From a virus, in the IMG/VR virus record IMGVR_UViG_3300035039_000082, positions 39,999 through 103,998 of that record: a stretch of 64,000 nucleotides of DNA; one strand, written 5' to 3'. Of the stretch, positions 20,392-30,222 are shown piece by piece. A program made the position numbers and the translations under genes. Numbering within the stretch: position 1 is the stretch's first letter; the number at the start of each line of letters is the position of its first letter. Below the pieces are notes generated by a model, which saw only the letters and a list, made by a program, of their open reading frames with translations, had not been told where the DNA came from and ran no database searches.

Positions 20392-21489
20392 ATGTCTATA
20401 ACAAGTGTTAATTTATCTGCTTTACCATTTATGGGATCTTGTGATTCTACAAGAGCTCAAATGGCATCTAAACAAATGTCACAAGCTTTAACTCATCCAA
20501 ATTGCGAAATTCCATATGTTATTTCAAATGAATATAGGAATTTAGTAAATTCGAGTTTTTTGGGTATTTGTATTGCTAAAGATGATGGTGAAGTGATATT
20601 TAACGCAAGTGAAATTTTAATTATTTATTATAATAATTTAAAAAAATTACAAGTTTTTCAAGTTCCTATTATTAAAAAAACATCTAGTATGTTTGCGTCT
20701 AGTTTACGATTTATATTACCTCAAGGTTTAAAATTTAAAAAAAATGATATTATATTTAGTTATGATGGTTTTAAAAATGGAATACCATCATTTGGGTATA
20801 ATGTAATGACAGCTTATATGGCTGGGTGGGGATTTAATCATGAAGATTCACTTATAATCAGTGAATCTTTTGCAAGAAAAGCTAAAGTAAAAATTAGTGA
20901 AAAAGTATATATTCCTATTTATGAACATACTATTTTAATGCCTATTTATAAAAATATAGATGATTCTTTAATTTATTTTCCAAACATTGGTCAAAAAATT
21001 AAAGGGACAACTGTATGTTCTACAGTGAGACCAAACGCGACAAATTATGCCGAGTCCAATAAAAGTATTAAAAATAAAATGATGTTATTTTTTAAGAATG
21101 CAACAATTACAGACCTTTTAAATCTTAACAATCAAAATACGAATAATATTAAAGTTGAAGAAGTAAAAACAAAAATTGAAAATGGAACAATTACAGGATT
21201 GAATATTCATAGACTTCAAAAAGGAGTTAATTTAATTGATCCAAGATTCCAAGATTGTTTAAATAAATTAGTTATAAATTATTGTGAACAGAATATTTTT
21301 TCAACTTTTAATGATTTGCAATGTAAATTTAATCAAGATTATGCAAAGCAAATTATTAAACAAAATATTATGTATTCAGCTGATCAGAAATCTTCTAATA
21401 AAAGTATGATGAAAAATGCTATTTATTTAATTGAATTAGAAATTACTAGAGAAGATTCGAGTCAGATCGGCGACAAATTCTGTAATCGT
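20392..21489 (+). CDS. rpoB: RNA polymerase beta C-terminal subunit, exon 1
   Basis: LPFMGSCDSTRAQMASKQMSQA, GYNVMTAYM..GFNHEDSLIISE, ends IGDKFCNR. Confidence 0.92.
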
Positions 21490-21778
21490 TAACAATAGCG
21501 ACCTTTAGGAGTAATCCTAATTGAATAACGCCTCTTTATCAGGGAAAGTCTTACTAGGTAATGCTAAAGATAATCCTGAGCTAATCTCTTTTATAAAAAG
21601 AGACGGTGCAACGACTATCGAAACCATATTTATTTAATAAATAAATAAATACAAGGGAGTAGAGTACACTCAAGTGAGTGGAAACGGGGCGCATCCTTAA
21701 AAAAGGATGGTGATATAGTCTGATCTTTATAGAAATATAAAGAAGGAGAGAAATAACGAATCTCTTCGTAACATAATG
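21490..21778 (+). mobile_element. Group I intron 4 (no ORF)
   Basis: P1 tcgt/gcga, P atcagggaaa, Q aatcctgag, R caacgacta, S gatatagtct, ends taatG; splicing gives GDKFCNR-YAGKGV. Confidence 0.92.
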
Positions 21779-21901
21779 TATGCAGGAAAAGGTGTCGCAG
21801 TAGTTATTCCAGATGATATTCGACCAATATCTATGAATTCTAATCTTCCAATTGATTGTATATTTAATTCTTTTGGACTCTATTCGCGGATGAACGTGAG
21901 T
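21779..21901 (+). CDS. rpoB: RNA polymerase beta C-terminal subunit, exon 2 (41 codons; not in ORF track)
   Basis: YAGKGVAVVIPDDIRP...PIDCIFNSFGLYSRMNVS. Confidence 0.9.
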
Positions 21902-22192
21902 TAAATTTAGCTCCTTTTAAGAGTAATCTTGATCGAAAATCTCGTGAATTCAGAGAAAGCCTAAGTCTATTTAGATATGGTAACCCTGAGCCAAGCCTAA
22001 TAGAACTGCTAATGAAATTAGGAAGGTGCAACGACTATCCCTTTTGGGAGTACACTGGAAGTCTAGTGGAAGCGCGAGACATCCAAATTCTTAATAATTG
22101 GATGATGATATAGTCTAATCTTATAGGAAACTATAAGCAGTATAAAATTTTTTATACGATATAAGATTAACGATCTTATATGAATGCAAATG
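21902..22192 (+). mobile_element. Group I intron 5 (no ORF; alternative in-frame 3' end at 22186)
   Basis: P1 gagt/gctc, P gaattcagagaaa, Q aaccctgag, R caacgacta, S gatatagtct; splicing gives SRMNVS-QILEG. Confidence 0.9.
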
Positions 22193-22737
22193 CAAATTTT
22201 AGAAGGAATTGTTGCAAAAGAAGTAATGCTTTCTGAAAAAGAAATTATAAATAATCCTGATAATTGTTTATCACAATTAACACATATAAATGAAAATATT
22301 ATTAAACATTTTAATTCTAAACAATATTATAAAGATGTTGATAATTTAATTAATTCTATGAAAGAAGATAAAAAATTATTAGATTCTTTTGTAAATGATG
22401 TTGAAGAAAATGGATTCTTTATAGAAGCACCATCGTTTAGTGAAATAAATATTAAAGAGATTATTAAAAAAAATAAATCACATATTGAAGATATTAAGAT
22501 TTCTAAAAAATCTTTACAATATTTTAAAGATAAATTAGATTTCGATCTTCCATTTACTATTAATGGTGATATTATAATTAAACAAAAGTTTTGTGCCCCA
22601 ATTTATACAATGAAATTATATAAATTAATTTCTGAAATTGTGACTGCTAGAGATTTAGGTAAACATAAGTTTATTACTAAACAACCTCTACGTGGTCGTG
22701 TAAATTCCGGGGGAAAACGATTAGGACAAATGGAGAT
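22193..22737 (+). CDS. rpoB: RNA polymerase beta C-terminal subunit, exon 3
   Basis: YTMKLYKL, TKQPLRGRVNSGGKRLGQME. Confidence 0.9.
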
Positions 22738-23893
22738 TAGAAAAAAAATCGGTCTCCATATAAAATAATCTCGTGAACTGCTGGAATATCCTTAGAGCTT
22801 ATTATACTACAACATAATCTGAAAAGATAAGTGTGAAAGTTTAAAAAGTAATAAGATTGGACAATCAGCAGCCAAGACTCTAAGTAGATTTCGCTAATCT
22901 ATATGAGTAAGGTTCAACGACTATCCCATTTGGGAGTACACTCAAGCGAGTGGAAGCGCGAGACATTGTGTGTTAAAAAAGGAAAATGTTAAAAAATGAT
23001 AATAAATAAACAAAAAATAATGAATTTAAATTTTTTATACTCTAATATTAAATTACCACAAATATATATAGATTATTTAATTGAACATCAAAATAATCCA
23101 TTAATTTTTAAATATTTAATTAAACATATTATTAAAAATGATAAGAAATTAATAAATGAATGTTGGTTATGGAGTAAACATCACGATAAAGATGGTTATC
23201 CTAAATATTTAGGAGAACCAGTTCAAAGAATACTTTGGGAAATAACAAGACAAAGAAAAATTGAACCAAATTATGTAATTCGACATACTTGTGATAATCC
23301 TAATTGTATTAATCCATTTCATTTATTAAGCGGTAGTCAGGCAGATAATGCAAAAGATAAAGTAATAAGAGGCAGATCTATAACTTGTGAAGCACATAGC
23401 TCAACTCATTTAAAGAATACTGATATACCAATAATTTTTGAAAATTATATTAATGGTATGTCAATGTTAAAAATTTCAAAAATGTTTAATGTTACTGAAC
23501 CAACTATTAGAGATATTTTGTATGGAAATACTTGGAAACCAGTTATTGAACAGTATAATATTAATTTAGATATAATCAAAAATATAATTAAATCAAGAAC
23601 AATAGCAAATTCTCCTCCTATAATACAAGGTAAAAAATTAAATAAAAATGATGTAATTAATATTAGGGAATTATATCATTCAAAAAAATATACAAGACAA
23701 CAATTGGCACAATTATATAATATTCATCCAACACATGTAACAAGCATTGTTAATCGTAAAACTTGGAAACATATATAATAATTTAATAAAAACATACAAT
23801 GAAGATATAGTCTAATCTATATAGTAATATATAGCTGGGAAAAATAAATAATTTGTCCCGGAGAAAGAGTCGCGATCTTTCTTGAATATCCTG
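22738..23893 (+). mobile_element. Group I intron 6 with HNH endonuclease ORF
   Basis: P1 tggagat/gtctcca, P actgctggaa, Q aatcagcagcc, R tcaacgacta, S agatatagtct; splicing gives GQME-I-EGIISHG. Confidence 0.92.
22996..23778 (+). CDS. Intron-encoded HNH homing endonuclease
   Basis: CWLW, IRHTCDNPNCINPFHLLSGSQADN, two C-terminal HTH-like repeats ending KTWK. Confidence 0.9.
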   Translation: MIINKQKIMNLNFLYSNIKLPQIYIDYLIEHQNNPLIFKYLIKHIIKNDKKLINECWLWSKHHDKDGYPKYLGEPVQRILWEITRQRKIEPNYVIRHTCDNPNCINPFHLLSGSQADNAKDKVIRGRSITCEAHSSTHLKNTDIPIIFENYINGMSMLKISKMFNVTEPTIRDILYGNTWKPVIEQYNINLDIIKNIIKSRTIANSPPIIQGKKLNKNDVINIRELYHSKKYTRQQLAQLYNIHPTHVTSIVNRKTWKHI

Positions 23894-24089
23894 CGAGGGC
23901 ATCATTTCTCACGGATGTATTAAATCTTTAAAAGAATTATTAACAGTAAAATCAGATCATATAGATGAAAAGAAAAATTTCTTAAAACAAGTTATTCAAA
24001 GTGGAGAATATAATATGTCTGATGATATTAATTATAATGGTGAAACTAAAAAAGTAGTTGATACATTAATTAAATTTTTAAGTGATTAA
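23894..24089 (+). CDS. rpoB: RNA polymerase beta C-terminal subunit, exon 4 (not in ORF track)
   Basis: EGIISHGCIKSLKELLTVKSD; spliced CDS is 1962 nt in frame. Confidence 0.9.
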
Positions 24090-24092
24090 TAT

Positions 24093-25280
24093 ATGAATTT
24101 ACTTAAAAATCGTAAAGAAAATAATTGGTTTGATTATATAAATCCAATTTCTATTAGACAATATCAATATAATTTTTTATTAGATTTTTGTGAAAATGCT
24201 ATTAATTTTTTAGCTCAACAAAAAAATAATTATTTACAAGTAAGTAATAAAACACTTCATCAAAGAATCAATTATAAAGGAGTATATAATTCGAGTTTTT
24301 CAAAAGTATCTATTGATGTAAAAAATATTAATGAAAATCGAATATATCATTTTACAGATTTCTTTGTACCAACATTAATTGAAAATAATCATTTTTATTT
24401 AAATGGTTGTTATTATACTCCAATATTATATTTAGTTGATTATCCAATAATTACTAAACAAAATAGTTCTAAAATATTTGGATTATTTAATAGTATTACA
24501 TTATATAATCGAGATGATATTGCAATCTTTGTAAGACATAATTTACCATTAGATTATTTCTTACAATTATTTATTGATTTTGAAGATGATATTTATCAAG
24601 AATATATTAAAAAATATGGATTAAAACATAAGAAAAGAAGTCAAGATAATATTATTGAGATATTATCAAATAGATTTTCAGTTAAAGAAAAAACAGTAGA
24701 TGCTATTATTAATAAATTTGAGACTCTATTTTTTGATGATTATACTTATGAGTTATATCGAAGATGTTATAATTTAGATGATTTTAATTTAAAAGATATT
24801 ATAAGAATTACATTAACAAACGCGAATAAAGATCCAGTAAATTTTGTTGATTTAAGATATAAAAGAGTATCTTTTCTTGAAATGATATTAAGGCCATTTT
24901 TAGATCGTATATCTAATCTTGCTATTGAAGTTAGTAAAGGTATTGAAAAGAATAATATGAAAGTAGATGATTTATTTATTCTTAAATATTTTTTAACTTC
25001 TAATCAAAGTAATTCAGCATCGAATAAACAAATGGTTGGATTAAGTGGTAATTATTTATATGATACTAAGAATCTTTATTCAAGTATTTTAATTAATAAA
25101 TGTAGTTTTATTACTCCTGGTATGTCTATGCCACCTAATGAAGTTAAACATTTACATAAAACTCATTTTGGTAAGATTTGTCCAATAACTATTTCAGCAC
25201 AAACTCCAGGAGAAACAATTTCTTTAATACCAGATATTCAATTTGATGAATTTGGTATTATTTCAAATATTAATAATTAA
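24093..25280 (+). CDS. rpoB: RNA polymerase beta N-terminal subunit
   Basis: LHKTHFGKICPITISAQTPGETISL matches the HPTHYGRxCPxETPEG region. Confidence 0.85.
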   Translation: MNLLKNRKENNWFDYINPISIRQYQYNFLLDFCENAINFLAQQKNNYLQVSNKTLHQRINYKGVYNSSFSKVSIDVKNINENRIYHFTDFFVPTLIENNHFYLNGCYYTPILYLVDYPIITKQNSSKIFGLFNSITLYNRDDIAIFVRHNLPLDYFLQLFIDFEDDIYQEYIKKYGLKHKKRSQDNIIEILSNRFSVKEKTVDAIINKFETLFFDDYTYELYRRCYNLDDFNLKDIIRITLTNANKDPVNFVDLRYKRVSFLEMILRPFLDRISNLAIEVSKGIEKNNMKVDDLFILKYFLTSNQSNSASNKQMVGLSGNYLYDTKNLYSSILINKCSFITPGMSMPPNEVKHLHKTHFGKICPITISAQTPGETISLIPDIQFDEFGIISNINN

Positions 25281-25321
25281 TTATTTTAATATTTTCATAT
25301 TTCATATATAAATTACTAAAT

Positions 25322-25575
25322 TAGAAGGTCGTGCTTTTGCTCTATACTTCTACTCTGGATTCTTTCATGAGAATCAATTCCTACTCCGTTTATATATTTT
25401 TATATAAACTTAATGGAATGCGAACCTCCTTTCGGGACATTTTTTATAAAATGTTTTTACATCTCGCAGCCGGCTAACAAGGGTCAGCTATGATAGATCT
25501 TATGATTAATTCATTAATAAGATCATCGTTGGATTTGGGGGATATTTGTATGTATTTACAAATATCCCTTAAATT
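25322..25575 (+). ncRNA. Candidate structured sRNA, unit 1
   Basis: TATATAAAT at 25305; several hairpins; terminator gggatatttgta/tacaaatatccc. Confidence 0.5.
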
Positions 25576-25590
25576 ATTTTTTTGCGATTA

Positions 25591-25626
25591 TTTTTGCGTA
25601 TTCAAAGATTTTATATATAAATATTA
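25591..25626 (+). promoter_or_regulatory. Promoter-like motif, copy 1 of a near-exact duplicate
   Basis: tttttgcgtattcaaagattttatatataaatatta; copy 2 at ~25831 differs by 1 nt. Confidence 0.65.
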
Positions 25627-25629
25627 TAG

Positions 25630-25812
25630 ATATAAGATGATAATCCTTTTTAGGATTAAAGTTTTTCCGGGAGTGGTAATAACTTTTTTGTTATTGCTTT
25701 CTCCTCCCACATAGATATATTTATATATCTACGGTCAGTGGGTTTGCCATCTCCAGAACAAAGAAGTTTATATTAGTGTTTACATTAATATAAACTTCTT
25801 TGTTCTTTTTGA
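25630..25812 (+). ncRNA. Candidate structured sRNA, unit 2
   Basis: Hairpins, CCCAC/GTGGG stem enclosing a hairpin, TTGCC, long terminator hairpin agaacaaagaagttta/taaacttctttgttct. Confidence 0.55.
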
Positions 25813-25830
25813 GTTATTTTTCATGTTTAT

Positions 25831-25866
25831 TTTTGCGTATTCAAAAATTTTATATATAAATATTAA
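25831..25866 (+). promoter_or_regulatory. Promoter-like motif, copy 2
   Basis: ttttgcgtattcaaaaattttatatataaatatta. Confidence 0.65.
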
Positions 25867-25867
25867 T

Positions 25868-26012
25868 AATGAAGGGCGTAAGTCCTTCTCAGGAAAAATA
25901 AAGGTTTTATGCTTTTATTTTTTCCTCCCTCAGAGGTATTTATACCTGGATGAGGGTTGCGGGTTTTTAAAAAGATAACAGTCTCCTTCTGGAGAAGGTT
26001 ATCTTTTTATTT
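25868..26012 (+). ncRNA. Candidate structured sRNA, unit 3 (homologous architecture to unit 2)
   Basis: GTAA tetraloop hairpin, 13-bp hairpin, CCCTCA/TGAGGG stem enclosing a hairpin, TTGCG, terminal hairpin. Confidence 0.55.
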
Positions 26013-26049
26013 TTTTATTTATTTTTATTAATAAAAAGGATTTTTTAAT

Positions 26050-26715
26050 ATGATTCCTGGTAAACCAATTTATCATGCTATTTTTAATAAATGTAGAATG
26101 ATTTTTACATTGATTCCTAAGAATGCAAATACATCTATTAAGTATGCATTGTTAGAGACATTTTCTGATTTAGAAAATGATGAATTAGATAAATTAAAAC
26201 AATTAAATGTAGATCGATTTCATTCGTCTACATTAAAATTTTTTAATTTTATATCTAATAATGAATTAGAAAGATTTGATGAATATGTTAAATTGTGTTT
26301 TGTAAGAAATCCTTTTGATCGATTAGTTTCAGGATGGGAAAATAAAATAAAACCTTTAAATAATAAAACAAGATTTGGTTTTAAAGGATCAATAAGTTTT
26401 CCTAATTTTATTAAACAAATTTGCAAAACAGAAGATAATTTATTAAATAGACATTTTACACCACAAATTAATTTTTTAAAATGTAATAATATTATCCAAG
26501 AATATAATATTATGAAATATGAATTTTTAGAATCTGAATGGACAGATTTACAAAATTATTTAGATATGAGGTGTCAAATAATATTACCTAATTTACCAAA
26601 ATTAAATTATTCAAAAAATGATAAATTATATAAAGAATATTATAATAAAGAATTAATATCATTAGTCAAAGATAAATTTAAAGAAGATTTGGAGTATTTT
26701 GAATATGACTTTTAA
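26050..26715 (+). CDS. Sulfotransferase family 2 protein
   Basis: IPKNANTSIK (5'-PSB loop), FVRNPFDRLVS (3'-PB), HFTPQ. Confidence 0.9.
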   Translation: MIPGKPIYHAIFNKCRMIFTLIPKNANTSIKYALLETFSDLENDELDKLKQLNVDRFHSSTLKFFNFISNNELERFDEYVKLCFVRNPFDRLVSGWENKIKPLNNKTRFGFKGSISFPNFIKQICKTEDNLLNRHFTPQINFLKCNNIIQEYNIMKYEFLESEWTDLQNYLDMRCQIILPNLPKLNYSKNDKLYKEYYNKELISLVKDKFKEDLEYFEYDF

Positions 26716-26730
26716 ACAAGATTTTTTTAA

Positions 26731-27255
26731 ATGTTAATCCTTTCATATGCAACAAAAGATAAAAAATATCTCAATTATGCAGATCGACTGATTCAAAATT
26801 TTGCCGCTCTCAAATATAAAGATTATAAAATTATTTATTATCCATCTTGTAATAATAAATATGATGGATGTAACATTAAACCAACATTTATATTAAACCA
26901 GTTATTATATTATAAAAAAGAAATATTAATTATAGATGTTGATAGTATTATTAAAGAATATCCAAAAATATCTAATTATGTTGATTATGATATTGGATTT
27001 GTATATACACCAGAAAGAAAAAATAAAATCACAAATGGCATACATTTATGGAATTATACAAATAATACAATTAATTTTTTAAAAAGATGGCAATATTTAT
27101 GTAATGATAAAAAATTAAGATCATTAGACCATCATAGATTAATTCAAACATTTGAAGAATTTAAAAATAAATTAAATATTATTAATATTCGTAAAGATAT
27201 TTCAAATTGGTTTATAGCTGAATTAAATTATAATAATTCTTATGTAAAATTTTAA
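26731..27255 (+). CDS. Nucleotide-diphospho-sugar transferase-like protein (GT-A)
   Basis: KPTFIL, DVDS (DxD), NGIHLWNYT, DHHRL; paralog of 27265 and 28771. Confidence 0.65.
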   Translation: MLILSYATKDKKYLNYADRLIQNFAALKYKDYKIIYYPSCNNKYDGCNIKPTFILNQLLYYKKEILIIDVDSIIKEYPKISNYVDYDIGFVYTPERKNKITNGIHLWNYTNNTINFLKRWQYLCNDKKLRSLDHHRLIQTFEEFKNKLNIINIRKDISNWFIAELNYNNSYVKF

Positions 27256-27264
27256 GAGGTAAAA

Positions 27265-28071
27265 ATGGGAGATAATCAAAAATATGTATTAATATCTTAT
27301 GCATCAAAAGATAAAAAATATTTAAAATATGCTCATCAATTTAAGAAAAATTTAAAATCTCTTGGAATTGTTAATTATGATATAACTTATTTAGATATTC
27401 CAAAAGATTTAAATTATTGGAAAGATGAATATAAAAAAGATAAAATTAAGAAAGAATTAATATGTTTACAAAAACCAACTTTGATTCTTAATAAATTAAA
27501 TTTATATAAAATGCCAATAATTTGTGTTGATATTGATTCAAAATTGATTAAAAAACCAATTTTACCAAATGAATATTTTGATAATTGTTTTATTTTTAGA
27601 AAAAATAGGAAATTATTATCTGTAACTAATGGATTTCATGTTCATAATTACACAGAAAATTCAATAAGATTTTTAAAAATATGGGAATATTTATGTCAAA
27701 ATCCTGAATTAACATATCTTAGTGATCATTGGAGATTAAAAATATCACTTGATTTAATTAAACAAGAAAATGAAAATAATATGTTAAAAAAAATTAGTTC
27801 TTTTAAAAAAACTATTATATTAGATGGAATTAATTTATATAATAATACATATATTGAAGGCTTTACAAGATTGAATGATAATATTAAATATTTTGATTTA
27901 TTTAATCATAAAATAGATAGTTCAATTAATTCAATAGATAAATCAAATCTTTCTAAAAAAAAGATCTTAAAAAAATCAAACCCTTGTGTTCCTATGGGGT
28001 TTCCTATGGGTACTATACTACCTTCTAATAAACCAATAAAAATAAATAAAATTAAAAAACCAAAAAGATAA
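27265..28071 (+). CDS. Nucleotide-diphospho-sugar transferase-like protein (GT-A)
   Basis: KPTLIL, DIDS, NGFHVHNYT, DHWRL. Confidence 0.65.
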   Translation: MGDNQKYVLISYASKDKKYLKYAHQFKKNLKSLGIVNYDITYLDIPKDLNYWKDEYKKDKIKKELICLQKPTLILNKLNLYKMPIICVDIDSKLIKKPILPNEYFDNCFIFRKNRKLLSVTNGFHVHNYTENSIRFLKIWEYLCQNPELTYLSDHWRLKISLDLIKQENENNMLKKISSFKKTIILDGINLYNNTYIEGFTRLNDNIKYFDLFNHKIDSSINSIDKSNLSKKKILKKSNPCVPMGFPMGTILPSNKPIKINKIKKPKR

Positions 28072-28093
28072 TTTAATATAAGGATAAACTTAT

Positions 28094-28768
28094 ATGGTTA
28101 AAGGGCAAGTAATAAATCATATATTGATTGATAAATATAAATTAATTTTTACAGTAATACCAAAAAATGCGAATACATCTGTAAAATATATATTGGTAAA
28201 AGATTTCTTTCCATTTTTTTTAAATAATATCAATATAAATGACCCAGATAAAATACATAGTAATACAATTAAATTATTTAATTTTGTAAATCATGAATTT
28301 ATGTATAATAATAATGATTATCTACGAATATCTATTGTTCGCAATCCATTTGATAGATTAGTCTCGGGTTGGAGAAATAAAATTAAAAATTTAAATTTAA
28401 TAAATTTTAAAAGACCAAGAAGACATGGTTTTACTAAAGCTTGTAATTTTAAAGAATTTATACATCAGATTTATAATACATCCGAAGAAAAAATTGATCG
28501 ACATTTTGTTCCTCAATATCGATTTATTACTTATAATGATATTATTTTTAGTGATCGTATTTTAAAATTTGAAAATCTTACTGAAGATTGGGATAATTTA
28601 ATTCAAGAAATATATATACGAAATAAAATAAAATTAAGTCGTTTAACTATTAATTTAAATAATACAAAAAATAATAAAAGTTACCGAGAATATTATGATA
28701 AAGATTTAATTAAATTAGTTGAAAAAAAATTTGAAAGAGATTTAAATATTTTTAATTATGAGTTTTAA
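28094..28768 (+). CDS. Sulfotransferase family 2 protein
   Basis: IPKNANTSVK, IVRNPFDRLVS, HFVPQ. Confidence 0.9.
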   Translation: MVKGQVINHILIDKYKLIFTVIPKNANTSVKYILVKDFFPFFLNNININDPDKIHSNTIKLFNFVNHEFMYNNNDYLRISIVRNPFDRLVSGWRNKIKNLNLINFKRPRRHGFTKACNFKEFIHQIYNTSEEKIDRHFVPQYRFITYNDIIFSDRILKFENLTEDWDNLIQEIYIRNKIKLSRLTINLNNTKNNKSYREYYDKDLIKLVEKKFERDLNIFNYEF

Positions 28769-28770
28769 TT

Positions 28771-29400
28771 ATGATAGATTATATAATAGTTAGTTATGCA
28801 ACTGAAGATAAAAAATATTTAAACTATGCTAATAGATTTTTAAATAATTTAAAGAAATTAGATATTCTAAATTATGATATCACTTATATCAAACCTTTTA
28901 ATTCTGAAGATGCACAAAAAATTTGGAATTATAAATTAGATAAAATAATAGCTCCAAAGAGATTAGCTGCTTTATATAAACCAACAATAATATTAGATAA
29001 AATATTACAATATAAAAAGATGATAATTTTTATGGATATAGATGCAATTTTAACAGGTAAACCTAATTTTTCTGAAATTAAAAATTCTTTTGATGTTGGT
29101 ATTACTTATAAAATTGATAATAATAATAATCTTCCTATATGTGATGCAGTTCATGTTTATAATTATACAGAAAATGCTATTCGACTATTAAAATCTTGGA
29201 AATCTTTTTGTGATATATCGAATATATCTTATTTTGGAGATCATCGACGATTAAATATATTAATTAATTTATTTCAAGAAGAAAATAAAATATTTAAACA
29301 AGATTTTAAATTAATAGATGTAACTAATATTTTTAAAGATATTTTTAAAGAAACTATGTCATTATCTAATAAATCAAGAGGATTAAGAGGAGCTAAATAA
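28771..29400 (+). CDS. Nucleotide-diphospho-sugar transferase-like protein (GT-A)
   Basis: KPTIIL, DIDA, HVYNYT, DHRRL. Confidence 0.65.
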   Translation: MIDYIIVSYATEDKKYLNYANRFLNNLKKLDILNYDITYIKPFNSEDAQKIWNYKLDKIIAPKRLAALYKPTIILDKILQYKKMIIFMDIDAILTGKPNFSEIKNSFDVGITYKIDNNNNLPICDAVHVYNYTENAIRLLKSWKSFCDISNISYFGDHRRLNILINLFQEENKIFKQDFKLIDVTNIFKDIFKETMSLSNKSRGLRGAK

Positions 29401-29406
29401 AAAAAT

Positions 29407-30222
29407 ATGTCTGTTATTTATTTTGGTCGTAGAGCATTTAAAAGAGTATTAAATCCATTTTTTGAAGAATTAAGTAATAATATTGGTAGAGATGTTTTAA
29501 TTACAAGTGTTATGACAAAACAAGAATTTAATCAATTTAAAAATTTAAATCGAAAAGCTGATTTTTTTATTACTGGAGAAAATCTTGAACCAAATTTTAA
29601 ATTAGCTGATAAACAAATAGGTTTTTGGTGTAATTGTAATGATAAAATGTTTAGATTTCCAAATTGGATGTGGCATCTAGATTGGCCTGAAATTAAAGAT
29701 AATTCATTAAGTACTAATCGATATGGGGAGTCTTTAAAAATAGAAAAGCTAGAAAATTCAATTAATCAAAATTATAATAATATTCGTCAAACGAAAGCTG
29801 CATTTTTTACAAATCATTTTAAAAAATTACGAAAAGAATTATATAATATTGTCAATAGTGTTTTAGAATGTGATGGATATGGAAGAGCATTTGATAATGT
29901 TGTTAATCTAAAAAAACCAATTTTAGAAAAATATTGTTTTTGTTTATGTCCAGAAAATGATATTGGAGATGGATATATTACTGAGAAAATTCCAGATGCA
30001 TTTTATGCTGGTTGTATTCCAATTACTTATTGCAATCCAAAAGATTTAGAATTAGATTTTAATAAAAATGCTGTAGTTAATCTTTTTGGATTATCTAAAT
30101 ATGATATGATTAAAAAATTAAAAATAATAAAAGAAGATAATGCTTATTTAAAAGATATCCCATTATTAAAAAATAAATTAAATTTAAAAGATATAAGAGA
30201 ATTCATAATAGGAGATACATAA
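29407..30222 (+). CDS. GT10 (alpha-1,3-fucosyltransferase-like) glycosyltransferase
   Basis: KYCFCLCPEN...GYITEKI.DAFYAGCIPI. Confidence 0.85.
   Translation: MSVIYFGRRAFKRVLNPFFEELSNNIGRDVLITSVMTKQEFNQFKNLNRKADFFITGENLEPNFKLADKQIGFWCNCNDKMFRFPNWMWHLDWPEIKDNSLSTNRYGESLKIEKLENSINQNYNNIRQTKAAFFTNHFKKLRKELYNIVNSVLECDGYGRAFDNVVNLKKPILEKYCFCLCPENDIGDGYITEKIPDAFYAGCIPITYCNPKDLELDFNKNAVVNLFGLSKYDMIKKLKIIKEDNAYLKDIPLLKNKLNLKDIREFIIGDT

Noticed and set aside
12968-24089. Stop-codon recoding or pseudogenisation to explain fragmented RNAP ORFs
   Set aside because: Every break has group I P/Q/R/S elements, a U.G P1 and a terminal G, and splicing restores frame and motifs. Long genes such as ligA and sqdB are intact in code 11.
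25490-25714. 74-aa ORF in the ncRNA cluster
   Set aside because: It runs through a terminator and the next promoter.
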